Program-made: the position numbers and the translations under genes | Assembly (NCBI GenBank): GCA_003094535.1 | Contig: NATV01000102.1 | Location: forward strand, 6,507 to 70,506 | Length of the DNA stretch: 64,000 nt | Reading direction: 5' to 3' | Origin: a gamma proteobacterium symbiont of Ctena orbiculata | Lineage (GTDB): Bacteria > Pseudomonadota > Gammaproteobacteria > Chromatiales > Chromatiaceae | Notes under the pieces: model-generated | What the model was told of the DNA's origin: nothing | The model's input: the letters and a program-made list of their open reading frames with translations, nothing else | The model's database searches: none | Shown: positions 26,268 to 37,016 of the stretch, one piece after another | Layout of the letters: every line of letters begins with the position of its first letter | Position numbering within the stretch: position 1 is the first letter of the stretch

Positions 26268-28733
26268 TCAATCCTCAGCATCGCAGGATAAAAGCCCGGA
26301 TATCCACTCCCGTATAACGGCCACCGCCTGGGTATCGACCTCGCCGCTGCCCAGAGGCGGCATGCGTGTCTCACCCATGGTCTCCATGCGCAGTACCAGT
26401 ATGGAGTTGTCCGGATCACCCGGTTTCAGCAGCACCGGATTGTTCAGCCCGAGATCACCTGTCAGGGGCGCTTGGTTACAGAGACCGGTAGCGGCAAGGC
26501 TCGCGCTCATGCGCATGTCGAGATCGCCCCCACCGGTACCGCCGGGCTGGTGGCACATGGCGCAGTTGCTGTGGAGATAGCTGCGTGCGCGACGCTCCGC
26601 CGCATAGGCCGTGTCGTCAATGGCGTAGAAGACCGTCGATTTCTGGGTGTCGCTGAGCGGGTCGGCCAGGAGGCCGATGGCCTCGTAGGTGATCAACTGG
26701 TTTGCGCTTTGCGCGGGATAGGGAAAGTCCCGATTCAGCTGACCCAGCTCCGGTCCCAGCGCGACACCGGCGATGCCGGTATGGCAAAGCAGACACTCTG
26801 CGGAACTGGGGTAGTGCCAGGTCTGGTTGGCGAACGCTTTGTCCTTGGCGGAATCGAGCAGAACCGCATCGGTCAGGGTATCGTTCCACTCATAGCTGTA
26901 GCCGCGCCAGCCGCTGTTGGCGTGGCGCATCAGCAGACGGGTCTCGATCAGCTCGCCGTCGAGCCGAAAGTGTTTACCCAGCACGCTGCCGGGAGGAAAG
27001 ACAAAGCGTCCCTCGGCATCGATGGAGATGGTGCCGCCATCGGGTAACGCCATGAAGCGCTCCTTGTCGGCGAAATCCGACCACAACAGCGCATTGATGT
27101 TGTAGGGGATGACATTGTCGGAGAAGCGCTCCACATCGCCGGGCTGGAAGCAGCCCCAGGCGGAGAGCAGGGTCGGTACCGCCCCGCTGCCCGAGGTCAC
27201 AGCGGTCAGTTTGTGGATGCTGCCCCCCAGGTGCAGCACATAGAGCTCACCGGACTGATCTTCAGCGAAAGAGACGATATTGAGATCGCTGTCCAGGAGT
27301 TCCTCGGCGCGATAACCGCCGCTGCCATCATCCACCAATCCCCAGATCACACCGGAACCGTAATCACTGAAGAGATAGCGCCCCGCCAACTGATTCAGCG
27401 CGTTGCCTCGGTAGACATAACCGCCGGTGATCGAGATCCCCTGACTGTGGTCATACTCCGCCACCGGCAGCGTCAGTCCCGTCGAATCGCAATTGGCGGA
27501 GGCGGGATAGCACTGGTTCCCCTCCATCAGGTTCCAGCCGTAGTTGCCGCCACGGCTGATGATGTCCACCTCCTCGTAGGCGTTCTGTCCCACATCCCCC
27601 AACCAGAGATCCCCCACCTGCCGGTCGAAGCTCCAACGCCAGGGATTGCGCAGACCATAGGCGTAGATCTCCGCCGCGCCACCCCCCGAAACGAAGGGAT
27701 TATCGGCAGGTATGGTATAACCGCCGAGGCCGTCGCCCACATCGATGCGCAGCAGCGAACCCAACAGGGTTGCCGTATTCTGGCCATGACCTAGGGGATC
27801 GCCGCCCGAACCGCCGTCACCCAGCCCGATATAGAGCAGGCCATCGGGACCGAAAGCGATATGTCCTCCGTTGTGGTTGCTGTAGGGCTGGGATACCGTC
27901 AACAGGATCTGCTCCGAACCGGGATCAAGGGTCTGGGTGGCGCTGTCGAGCGTGAAGCGCGAGATACGCGACTCCAAGCCGCCGGCAGGAGAGGCGGTAT
28001 AGGAGAGATAGACGAAGCCATTGTCGGCATAGTCGGGATGGAAGGCCATCCCCAAGAGCCCCTTCTCGCCACCGTAGTCGACCCGATCGCTGATATCGAT
28101 GAAGGTTTGGGTATTGCTCACCCCGGGATCGTTGTCGAAACGAATGACCTGGCCCGTCTGCCGCAATGCATACCACAGACTGTTATCCCCCGGCACCTGG
28201 AACAGCCCCACGAGCGGACCCAGTGACGGCAGCGAGGGATAGGGTGTGGAGAGCTGGATACCTGTCGCGGTCCCTGCATCCGCAGGCGCAACGCACTGAT
28301 CCTGATTGATCGGCAGGGCAGTGAGGCCTGACGGACCCGCAGCCCTGGTGTTGACAGTCACCCGCAACAGATCGCTTTCAGACAGACCTTGATCGCTCAC
28401 CTCCAGCATCAGCCGGTAGCTGCCGTTGGCGGGAAATCCGATCTCCGGCGACGCGGCAGACGGATCCGAAAAGCCGACGGTAGCCGGTCCGCCAAGTTGA
28501 CTCCAGGCATAGCTCACCTGATTCGACGGCGGCATACCGTCGACAAGCACGCTCGGATTGGGGGTCAAGGTATCGGGCAGGGAGAGGGTGCGGGCGGTTC
28601 CGGCATCGACCTGAAGACCCGTGGCCGGGGCAGAATCCCCACCGCCTCCGCCGCCGCAACCGCCGATCCATCCCAGGACGGAAATCAACACGACAAGCGC
28701 AAACCGTTCATTATGGACTGGCATAGTGCTCAT
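26268..28733 (-). CDS. Lipoprotein: Ig/PKD-like + PQQ-dependent glucose/sorbosone dehydrogenase + C-terminal diheme cytochrome c domain
   Basis: IGGC lipobox with Gly linker; GEKGLLGMAFHPDY, NHNGGHIAFGPDG, YGLRNPWR, NYGW; CLLCH and CAMCH; RMPPLG. Confidence 0.88.
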   Translation of the reverse strand: MSTMPVHNERFALVVLISVLGWIGGCGGGGGGDSAPATGLQVDAGTARTLSLPDTLTPNPSVLVDGMPPSNQVSYAWSQLGGPATVGFSDPSAASPEIGFPANGSYRLMLEVSDQGLSESDLLRVTVNTRAAGPSGLTALPINQDQCVAPADAGTATGIQLSTPYPSLPSLGPLVGLFQVPGDNSLWYALRQTGQVIRFDNDPGVSNTQTFIDISDRVDYGGEKGLLGMAFHPDYADNGFVYLSYTASPAGGLESRISRFTLDSATQTLDPGSEQILLTVSQPYSNHNGGHIAFGPDGLLYIGLGDGGSGGDPLGHGQNTATLLGSLLRIDVGDGLGGYTIPADNPFVSGGGAAEIYAYGLRNPWRWSFDRQVGDLWLGDVGQNAYEEVDIISRGGNYGWNLMEGNQCYPASANCDSTGLTLPVAEYDHSQGISITGGYVYRGNALNQLAGRYLFSDYGSGVIWGLVDDGSGGYRAEELLDSDLNIVSFAEDQSGELYVLHLGGSIHKLTAVTSGSGAVPTLLSAWGCFQPGDVERFSDNVIPYNINALLWSDFADKERFMALPDGGTISIDAEGRFVFPPGSVLGKHFRLDGELIETRLLMRHANSGWRGYSYEWNDTLTDAVLLDSAKDKAFANQTWHYPSSAECLLCHTGIAGVALGPELGQLNRDFPYPAQSANQLITYEAIGLLADPLSDTQKSTVFYAIDDTAYAAERRARSYLHSNCAMCHQPGGTGGGDLDMRMSASLAATGLCNQAPLTGDLGLNNPVLLKPGDPDNSILVLRMETMGETRMPPLGSGEVDTQAVAVIREWISGLLSCDAED

Positions 28734-28989
28734 CCCCTCCTTGAGCCGATCTCGAACGATATCCCTGGATCCACCATTCGCCAGAGGCCGGCGTATATCA
28801 ATCTCTATTTGCAGAGATGTTGGCGTTGAAAGCTATCGACAAGCCTTAATCCAATATTGCCTAAAATCGACAGATGCGGAAGTGGCAAGGTCGCGACAGC
28901 CGGTGTACTGGATCACATATTGGCCCGGTATTTGGTAATCCGGGGACCACTCACCGGCAGCTAGCAACGGCATGGGCAGAGTCTGCCGG

Positions 28990-31590
28990 TTAGCTTTTTC
29001 CCGTCTCTCGTTTGCGCTGGCTTGCCGCCGGTTTTGCAATAGCCTGGGATTCGATGGTGGAGATATCCATTGGAGGTGAGAGGAAGTGTCCTTGAACATA
29101 GTTCACCCCCGACTCGTAGAGGAATTGGAGGATTTCTGCATTTTCAACATATTCTGCGATGGTTTTCTTACCCAGAGAGTGGGCGATATCGTTGATCGAA
29201 TGAACAATGGCGCGATCGCCTGGATCCTGCGCCACTCCCCTGACAAAGAGACCGTCGATCTTTATGAAATCCACCGGAAGATTCTTTAAATGGGCAAATG
29301 AAGAGAAACCACTGCCGAAGTCGTCCAGTGCAAAACGGCAGCCAAGTGCACTCAACCTGGCGATCAGTTCATTGGCGGAGACAAGGTTGGATACCGCCGA
29401 GGTCTCGGTGATCTCGAAAATCACTTTACTCGGATCAATACCGAGATTGACAACAAGTTCCTCGATGTCCTCGATCATTCCCTTATTGGCGATGGACTGC
29501 CCCGAGAGATTGATGGTGAATATTCCCGTGAACCCCCCGTGCTGCAACATTGCCAGCTTTTTCAGCGCGGCGTTGATCACCCAGTAGTCGATCTTATCCA
29601 TCATGTTGAAGCGTTCAGCGGTGGGTAGGAAGGCGCCGGGAAACACCATTCCCCACACCGGATCGTCGAGGCGCAGCAATACCTCGTTGACCTGCGCCTC
29701 CGGGGGTACGACCGAGAGAAGCTGATGGTATATCGGCCCTTTATCCAGCAGCCTCAATGCAGACGGGATATACTCCACCGGGACAATGGGCTGATAGTGG
29801 AGTAGCAGGTGGTTTTGCTCCAGGGCGTTGTGCAGGCGTGACGACCAGCCCAAGTCCAGGTCCATCGCCTTTTTGCTGTCATTCTCCTGGATGAAGAGAT
29901 GGGTTCTGTTTCGCCCCTCGCCTTTTGCAATATGGCAGGCGATGTCCGCATTGGCGAGAACCTCACTCGCCGATTCGGTATCCCGTTCGATCAAGGCGAT
30001 GCCGATTGTACCGTTTATCCTGTACTGCTTGCCGTTATGGATAAACATATACTGGTCTAGCACCCTGCGGTAGTCGTCGGCAACTTGGTGCACGCTCTTT
30101 GTACAAACGTTGCGCAGGATCAAGGCGAATTCATCACCGCCCAAGCGGGCGAGCAGATCGGACTTTCTCAACCGCTTCGTCAGTTGTTGCGCCACCTCGA
30201 CCAGCAATCGGTCACCCGCGGCATGGCCGGCGGTGTCGTTGATATATTTAAATCGATCGAGATCGACATAGAGCAGAGCGCTGCTCTCTCTGCTGCGCTT
30301 GATGCGTTCCGCCTCCTGGGTCAACTGTTCCTCGAAATATCGCCGGTTGTAAAGCTTGGTCAGGGCATCGTGACTGGCTTGCCAGCGCAACTCCCCTTCA
30401 AGCTGCTTACGTTCGGAGATGTCGCGAAAGGCGACCACGGAACCCTCGCGCTTCTCTTCTATGGTGAGGGGATAGACCGTGCATTCCACGGCTATTGCTC
30501 TCCCTGACTTATGCCAGAAGATGGTCTCCTGCGCCTCCATGGAATCGCCCATCGCATAGGTCTGCTGAAGAAGTGAGTGCTCTTCATCGATGAGGTTGCC
30601 TTCCGCATCGGTATAGTGAAACAGCGCCAATGCGGATCTACCGATCAGCCGTTCATCCGGCTCATAGCCCAGGATACGCCTGCATGCCGGATTGACGAAT
30701 GATATGTGGCCCTCCGAATCCACCCCATAGACCCCATCGCCCACCGATCTGAGGATACCGCCGAGGCGTTCACGCTCCTTTTCAATCGCTTTGTGGGCAC
30801 GGATGTGCCTGCTCATGGCGTCTATCCGGGTCAGGAAGAGATCATCACTTTCGTTCTTGAACATGCACTCCACCGCACCCGCTTCAAGGGATTGCTTGAT
30901 CGCCTTGTCGAGATAGGTGCCGGTTATGATCGCGGTGGTGATAGTAGCCGTTGCTTCATGATCTCGCAGACGTTGACAGAGAACATCGCCGGTGGCATCC
31001 GGCATGAAGTAATCGATGATGGCGATGTCGAATTGGGACGCAACGGCTTTTTCAAACCCCTCTGCAACGGTAGCGGCAGTCTCGGCATGATAACCGTTTG
31101 CCATCAGCAGCCGTTGATACTTAACCCGTACCGTGCGTGAGTCATCGACAAACAACACCCGGATCGGCTGAACGATCGGCTTGGATCCCATGTGCCTGGG
31201 ACGCCTGTTGCTGGCATCGACAAGCAGTCGCGAAAGCAGGTCTGTCGATTCCCTGTAATTCGTCCAGAGGAGAAAGGCTGTATTGGGTCTTCGCTCCACC
31301 CAGTCATTAACGGTGGTATCCGATTCATGGGCAAAGGCCAGTACCGGGAGACTTGCATAGGTCTCTCGCTCCAGTATTGTAAAAAGCTCATCGGCGCCGG
31401 TGATGGTCTGATCAGGCCATCCCAATACTACCGCATCGAATGCGCCACCCTCTCCAGAACCGGGCCTGAAACGCATAAGTGCAGACGTGAAGTCGAGATC
31501 TGTCTCTACTTCATAGCCTGCCTTGATCAGGAAATTCCTTTCGATGTGCCGGACCGTGGCAGAAAGTTCGATCAGCAAAACTCGAGGCAA
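28990..31590 (-). CDS. REC-REC-PAS-GGDEF-EAL c-di-GMP protein
   Basis: VLFVDDS...DYFMP...K receiver; PAS; RLGGDEF; EVLLR, LDDFGSG, KID, AEYVE, QGH. Confidence 0.93.
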   Translation of the reverse strand: MPRVLLIELSATVRHIERNFLIKAGYEVETDLDFTSALMRFRPGSGEGGAFDAVVLGWPDQTITGADELFTILERETYASLPVLAFAHESDTTVNDWVERRPNTAFLLWTNYRESTDLLSRLLVDASNRRPRHMGSKPIVQPIRVLFVDDSRTVRVKYQRLLMANGYHAETAATVAEGFEKAVASQFDIAIIDYFMPDATGDVLCQRLRDHEATATITTAIITGTYLDKAIKQSLEAGAVECMFKNESDDLFLTRIDAMSRHIRAHKAIEKERERLGGILRSVGDGVYGVDSEGHISFVNPACRRILGYEPDERLIGRSALALFHYTDAEGNLIDEEHSLLQQTYAMGDSMEAQETIFWHKSGRAIAVECTVYPLTIEEKREGSVVAFRDISERKQLEGELRWQASHDALTKLYNRRYFEEQLTQEAERIKRSRESSALLYVDLDRFKYINDTAGHAAGDRLLVEVAQQLTKRLRKSDLLARLGGDEFALILRNVCTKSVHQVADDYRRVLDQYMFIHNGKQYRINGTIGIALIERDTESASEVLANADIACHIAKGEGRNRTHLFIQENDSKKAMDLDLGWSSRLHNALEQNHLLLHYQPIVPVEYIPSALRLLDKGPIYHQLLSVVPPEAQVNEVLLRLDDPVWGMVFPGAFLPTAERFNMMDKIDYWVINAALKKLAMLQHGGFTGIFTINLSGQSIANKGMIEDIEELVVNLGIDPSKVIFEITETSAVSNLVSANELIARLSALGCRFALDDFGSGFSSFAHLKNLPVDFIKIDGLFVRGVAQDPGDRAIVHSINDIAHSLGKKTIAEYVENAEILQFLYESGVNYVQGHFLSPPMDISTIESQAIAKPAASQRKRETGKS

Positions 31591-31778
31591 GACTGCTATC
31601 CCCAGGGAGACAAGAAGTTGTGAATTTAATTAAAGCCCTACTAATTGTGGTGATAACGGTAAGAGGCTGAAAAACTTTAGATCAGCATCGACAATCAGAG
31701 GCCCCAGCTGCCGGCGCAGACCTCCGCTTCCAGTTCGCGGAGTCGAATCAAATTCCTAATCAGCAGTCAGTGTTACCG

Positions 31779-33143
31779 TTATCCATAAACCTGCCTCGGC
31801 AGCCACAGCACCACTTCGGGAAAGATAATGCAGATCGCCAGTCCGACCGCCTGCAGCAGAAGAAACGGCAGGGAGGAGCGATAGATCTGTCCCATGGTCA
31901 CCCCCGGGGGTGCAACGCTCTTGAGATAGAAGAGGGCGTAGCCGAAGGGCGGACTGATGAACGACATCTGCATGTTGACCATATAGACCACTCCAAACCA
32001 GAGGGGCAGATCCTCGGGACTGACGCCGGGCAGACCGAAGACGCCATCGAAGCTCATGGTCTTCATCAACGGGATGAAGATCGGCACCGCCAGCAGCAGG
32101 ATCCCGACCCAGTCGAGGAACATGCCGAGGATGACCAGGATCACCATCATCAATATCAGCACCCCATAGGGACCCAGACCGGTACCGGCGATGGATTCGT
32201 TGACGAACTCCTGGCCGCCGTTGACCACGTAGAAGCCGACAAAGAGGGTGGCGCCGAAGATGATCCAGAGCACCATGCCGGTGACCCGCAGGGTGGTGAT
32301 GGCGGCGGAGCGGATATTCTCTATGGTGAGGCGTCGATGCATGGCGGCCACCACCAGGGCGCCGAAGGTACCGACACCCGCGGCCTCCACCGGCGTCGCG
32401 ATGCCGGCGAAGATAATGCCGAGCACCAGCGCGACCAGGATCAGCGGCGCGAACATGTTCCCCAGCAGGCGGATCTTCTCCCGCGTGCTGACCCGCTCCT
32501 CTTTGGGCAGCGGCGGCCCCCAGGTAGGCTTTATCGTGGTCATGGCAGCCACGTAGAGGATGTAGAGGCTGGAGAGAATCAGCCCGGGTATCACCGCGCC
32601 GATGAAGAGCTCACCCACCGACTGTTGCGCGATAACAGCGAACAGAATCGCCAGGATCGATGGAGGTATCAATATTCCCAGGGTGCCGCCGGCCAGGATC
32701 GAGCCACAGGCGATGGTTGGATGGTAGTTACGGCGAATCATGGCCGGGAGGGCGATCATGCCCATGGTCACCTCGGTGGCGCCGATGACGCCACACATGG
32801 CGGCCAGCAGGGTTGAGGCGATGATCGTGGAGATCGCCAGGCCACCCCGCAGCCCACCCAGGATTTTGTAGACCATGTCATAGAGCTCTTCGATGATCCC
32901 CGCCCGTTCCAGTACCGAGGCCATGAAGATAAACAGCGGGATCGCCGACAACTGGTAGTTGGTCATCAGCGGAAAGATCCTTGACGGCAGAATGTTCAAC
33001 ATCGCGGCGTCGCCGAACAGGAACAGAAACAGGCAGGCAAGACCGCCGGTGACGAAGGCCAGCGGCAGCCCGGCCATCAGCAACACCAGCAGCGAGCCGA
33101 ACATAAGGACGGTCAGCCATACGATGTCTATCTCCAGTCCCAT
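31779..33143 (-). CDS. dctM: TRAP transporter large permease
   Basis: LSAIPLFIFM, GGTLGILIPPS, TPVEAA, FISPPFG. Confidence 0.95.
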   Translation of the reverse strand: MGLEIDIVWLTVLMFGSLLVLLMAGLPLAFVTGGLACLFLFLFGDAAMLNILPSRIFPLMTNYQLSAIPLFIFMASVLERAGIIEELYDMVYKILGGLRGGLAISTIIASTLLAAMCGVIGATEVTMGMIALPAMIRRNYHPTIACGSILAGGTLGILIPPSILAILFAVIAQQSVGELFIGAVIPGLILSSLYILYVAAMTTIKPTWGPPLPKEERVSTREKIRLLGNMFAPLILVALVLGIIFAGIATPVEAAGVGTFGALVVAAMHRRLTIENIRSAAITTLRVTGMVLWIIFGATLFVGFYVVNGGQEFVNESIAGTGLGPYGVLILMMVILVILGMFLDWVGILLLAVPIFIPLMKTMSFDGVFGLPGVSPEDLPLWFGVVYMVNMQMSFISPPFGYALFYLKSVAPPGVTMGQIYRSSLPFLLLQAVGLAICIIFPEVVLWLPRQVYG

Positions 33144-33147
33144 GGCG

Positions 33148-34284
33148 CTACCCCTCCGTTCTCACTTCCGCGTCCGGCGCCGCGTTGTCCGGATTGATCA
33201 CAACCGTAATATCCTTGATCAATTGGGCGATTCCCTGGACCAGCAACAATAAAGCCCCCAGCGAAAGCGACAGCTTGATTGGCCAATAGTGGATTCCCCA
33301 TTCGGAGATTGAGACTTCGTTGACCTCGTAGGAGTCGTAGAAAAAGGTCCAACCGGTGACTAGCAGGGTGAGCATAAAAATAAAGAAGAAGATCGAGGTG
33401 ACGACATCCACCACCGCCTTGGCGCGGATCGACAGCTGATTGTAGATCACATCCACCCGCACGTGTGCTCCTTCACGCAGGACAAACCCGCCGGCGAGCA
33501 GATACTGCATGCCGAACATCAGGAACATGCTTTCATGGGCCCAGTTGGTGGGTGAATTGAAGACATAGCGGGCGATGACTTCGTAGTAGTAGACGAATAC
33601 CGCGATCACCGACCAGTAGGCGACAAACTCACCCGCCATGCCGTTGATCCTGGAGATCACCCGGTTGATGAGAAAGGGTTCCCGCCCGCCCTGGGACTCC
33701 GCCTCCACACTGGGACAGTGAAAACCCTCATCCGGTTTAAACTCCTCGATACGGTTGCGCTCCCTGATCAGTTTCGGCATCCACAGGATGTCAATGAGCA
33801 GCAGCAGGAGCATGCTGCCGCCCAATAGCTGCGCAATCGAGTTCCAGCGTCCGCTTTCCTCTTGGGCCTTGCCGAGCGACGCCTCGGCAACGGTCATCTT
33901 CTCCCTCGCCTTGGTCAGCTTCTGTTGCGCGTTGCGACGGCCCTTCTCGACCGCCTTCTCCGCTCGCTGCAGTTTGAACTCGGCCAACTTGATGGTGTTT
34001 TGCGCCGCCGAAAGATTGTCTCGCGAGCCCCGCACCTCCACGTTGATCATCAACAGCGAAGTAAAAAGAGCGATGAAGACGAGGGCCCAGGCACTCTTCA
34101 GATAGAGCCGGTGCACACCGATGAAACCGCCGACTATGAGCAGGAAATAGCCCAGCGAAAGCGAGAGGGGTTGCGACGTCTCCTTGGCCGCACCGCGGCG
34201 ATACAGGAGCATGGCGAACAGGGGAAAGAGGACCAGACCGCTCCAGTAGAGCCAGTGGGGCAGTACAAAACTGATCTCGGGCAT
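33148..34284 (-). CDS. dctQ: TRAP small permease with N-terminal TM2 domain and coiled coil
   Basis: YEVIARYVFNSPTNWAHE, HVRVD; N-terminal GGFIGVHRLYL TM2 motif. Confidence 0.9.
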   Translation of the reverse strand: MPEISFVLPHWLYWSGLVLFPLFAMLLYRRGAAKETSQPLSLSLGYFLLIVGGFIGVHRLYLKSAWALVFIALFTSLLMINVEVRGSRDNLSAAQNTIKLAEFKLQRAEKAVEKGRRNAQQKLTKAREKMTVAEASLGKAQEESGRWNSIAQLLGGSMLLLLLIDILWMPKLIRERNRIEEFKPDEGFHCPSVEAESQGGREPFLINRVISRINGMAGEFVAYWSVIAVFVYYYEVIARYVFNSPTNWAHESMFLMFGMQYLLAGGFVLREGAHVRVDVIYNQLSIRAKAVVDVVTSIFFFIFMLTLLVTGWTFFYDSYEVNEVSISEWGIHYWPIKLSLSLGALLLLVQGIAQLIKDITVVINPDNAAPDAEVRTEG

Positions 34285-34358
34285 GGGATTGGATCTCCCG
34301 GCAGCACCCTAGCCCAGGTGCAGCAGTCATTCTTCGTTGAGTTGTAGACCAGCCCGGA

Positions 34359-34376
34359 GCCCGCCCGAGGGCGGGC
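34359..34376 (-). other. GC-rich intercistronic hairpin after dctP
   Basis: GCCCGCCC-GA-GGGCGGGC; position typical of an mRNA-stabilising or attenuating stem. Confidence 0.55.
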
Positions 34377-34392
34377 CCCGCCTGCCTATCGA

Positions 34393-35538
34393 TCAAGCCT
34401 TCAGGCTATGCCCTTTTATCATCTCCTTATCCACATAACCCAGGGAACCGGACATCATGTATTCCAGCTGGATCTGGAATGCCTTGGCGGCGAATGCGTC
34501 CTTGTTCGCCCAGTTGTACCAGAGGGGAACCGAGAGCAGGGTGAAGGCCTCGACATCGTCCTCGGAGAGACGGGTGACTTCGGTGCCGGCCTCCTCGAAC
34601 TTCTTCCAGGCCTTCTGGTCGGCGGCCTGGATCGCTGCATGATGCAGATCGGAGTAGGTGTGAACCTCCATCTCGACGAACTGCTTCATGTTGGCCGACA
34701 GCTTGCCCCAGGACTTCTGCGAGACCGTGAGATCCATCAGGTCGACGGGTTGATAGATCGACATGAACCCGGGGGGTCCCATGGAGATATACTTGGTCAC
34801 CTGATGAAAACCGAGGGCGTGATTGATCGCCGGTCCCACGTAGTCGGCGACGTCGATGGTCCCCTTCTCCAGCGCGGGAAAGATCTCCGATCCGGGCAAC
34901 AGCGTGGTCTTTGCCCCGGCTGCCTGAAACACCTCCGCCACCATGCCGCCGGGGAGGCGCATCTTGCGCCCGCGAAAATCGTCGATCGAGCGGATCGGCA
35001 CCTTGGAGTGAATGATGTTGGGTCCGTGGTGAATCGGTCCGACAAAATGAAGTCCCATCTTGCCGAAGGCCTCCCGCGCCAATTCCAACCCGCCAAGACC
35101 GTAATAGAAGGTATCCCACTCATGGGGATTGCGCAGACCGAGCGGATAGGAGGAGAGAAAGACCGCAACCGGCATACGCCCGGCCCAATAGAGGGTGAAG
35201 GGATTCATGGCATCGAGCACTCCGTTCTTCACCGCATCGAAGAGCTGGAACTCACCCACCACATCCTTCGCACCGAAGGGTTTGAAGGCCAGTTCACCAC
35301 CGGTCTTTTCCACGATGCCGTTGCACCAATCCTTGAACACCTCGAGACCGATACCACCCGGCCAGGAGGTCTGAATCTTCCAGGTGGTGGTTTCAGCTGC
35401 GACCGCATTACCAATAAAAGGTGCGCCGGTAATGGTAAGTGCGCCTGCGGCTGCCGAGCTTTTGAGAAATTGACGACGTTGCATATCTGTGGCGCTGTCA
35501 GGCACAACCCGATCCTGACTTTTTTCTGATTGACTCAT
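34393..35538 (-). CDS. dctP: TRAP substrate-binding protein with Tat signal (TakP/keto-acid-type)
   Basis: QRRQFLK twin-arginine; WKIQTSW, LFDAVKNG, RGRKMRLPG, ALEKGTID; start MSQSE. Confidence 0.93.
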   Translation of the reverse strand: MSQSEKSQDRVVPDSATDMQRRQFLKSSAAAGALTITGAPFIGNAVAAETTTWKIQTSWPGGIGLEVFKDWCNGIVEKTGGELAFKPFGAKDVVGEFQLFDAVKNGVLDAMNPFTLYWAGRMPVAVFLSSYPLGLRNPHEWDTFYYGLGGLELAREAFGKMGLHFVGPIHHGPNIIHSKVPIRSIDDFRGRKMRLPGGMVAEVFQAAGAKTTLLPGSEIFPALEKGTIDVADYVGPAINHALGFHQVTKYISMGPPGFMSIYQPVDLMDLTVSQKSWGKLSANMKQFVEMEVHTYSDLHHAAIQAADQKAWKKFEEAGTEVTRLSEDDVEAFTLLSVPLWYNWANKDAFAAKAFQIQLEYMMSGSLGYVDKEMIKGHSLKA

Positions 35539-35760
35539 GTAACCCTCCTCGTTAGTTATCACTCGCAATTATCGACTGGATAGGGACCACTCGAATCCTA
35601 TGCCTTGGTTTTTATGCATGCTTAACCACAACCTCAGCCTAGCAGCAACGGTTGATATAGACCAGTTTCCACCAATAAGCTCATGTGTTTAAACTGGTGA
35701 GGTAGAGGCAAATCTTGAGAATACCCTTATAATCTACCTGCCAAGTCCCATCTTTACCGG

Positions 35761-36891
35761 TTGTGCGCTGCAGAAATGAACGATAAATCGAATACTCCCC
35801 CGTTCCAGGAAGGTTTCCTGATCACCCTGATAGTTCTCGCCATCGCGGGACTCGTCTGGTTGTTTCTCCCGTTCCTGCCGACACTCTTCTTTTCCCTTAT
35901 CGTAGCTACGGCAACATACCAGCTATTTCTCAAGCTTCAGCACCGATGGAAGCTGAGCGATACCATCGCCGCCACGCTGATGAGCATCCTGATCTTCTTC
36001 ACCGTTATCGCACCCATTACTTACCTGCTGATTGAGATCTCACTGCGCGCCAGCGAGCTGTACGGATCGGTGCAGGGCTGGGTCGATGCGCAGGATTCTG
36101 AGAGTTTGAAGAAGATCTACAGCGATACCGCGAAGAGACTGCCGTTCGATATCGGTGATCAGAGCGCCCTTCTCGCTCAACTGGACGCCAACCTCAACAA
36201 GCTAATCACGGTGGCGAAGAACACCATTGTGTTTCTGCTGCGCAGCATCCTCAGCAATACCGCGGGATTCCTTACCTTCGTATTTCTATCGGTTTTTGCG
36301 CTCTTCTTTTTCTATCGTGACGGGGATGATGTGGCACGTTACCTCAAGGTGTTGTCGCCGCTACCGAACCGCTACGATGAAATGTTAATGGTGCGCTTTA
36401 GCAGCCTGGCGACAGTGCTGACCATCAGCGTGGTCGTGGTCGCCGTATTGCAAGGATTGAGTTTCGGCATCCTGATGAGCTTCATGGGGCTGCCGGCGCT
36501 GTTTCTCGGCATCGGCATCGCGGTCACCTCCTTTATCCCGGTTGTGGGATCTGCATTGATCTGGATACCGGTAGCCATCTATCTCTATGTTCAGGGCGAG
36601 GTATGGCAGGCGATCCTGGTTACGGTGTGGGGGGCGGTGGTGATGGGGTTCGTCATCGACAATATCCTACGCCCGGTGATGATCCAAAAGATCTCCAAGG
36701 GCCTGCCCGACGGCGGCAACCTCGGGGCCCTCGATCATACCCTGCTGACCGTGCTCTCCACCCTGGCGGGCCTGATCCAGTTCGGCATCATAGGCATGCT
36801 GTTCGGCCCGGTCATCGCCGCCATGGCCATCGCCATTTTCGATGTCTACGAACAGATTCACGGCGACCGTCTCGATCGGGAAAACTCATAG
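35761..36891 (+). CDS. AI-2E family transporter
   Basis: LFFFYRDG, SFIPVVGSALIWIP, DNILRP, GMLFGP; start may be 35776. Confidence 0.9.
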   Translation: MCAAEMNDKSNTPPFQEGFLITLIVLAIAGLVWLFLPFLPTLFFSLIVATATYQLFLKLQHRWKLSDTIAATLMSILIFFTVIAPITYLLIEISLRASELYGSVQGWVDAQDSESLKKIYSDTAKRLPFDIGDQSALLAQLDANLNKLITVAKNTIVFLLRSILSNTAGFLTFVFLSVFALFFFYRDGDDVARYLKVLSPLPNRYDEMLMVRFSSLATVLTISVVVVAVLQGLSFGILMSFMGLPALFLGIGIAVTSFIPVVGSALIWIPVAIYLYVQGEVWQAILVTVWGAVVMGFVIDNILRPVMIQKISKGLPDGGNLGALDHTLLTVLSTLAGLIQFGIIGMLFGPVIAAMAIAIFDVYEQIHGDRLDRENS

Positions 36892-37016
36892 GCCTTGTGC
36901 ACGCTTCAGCTGACGAAAACCGCGAGATTCGAGAAGCCGCTTCCTGAACCATGCTACATTCGTCGGACCATCTGCCGCTACAATGGTAAGAACACCACTC
37001 GATCAGGAGTAGCCTA

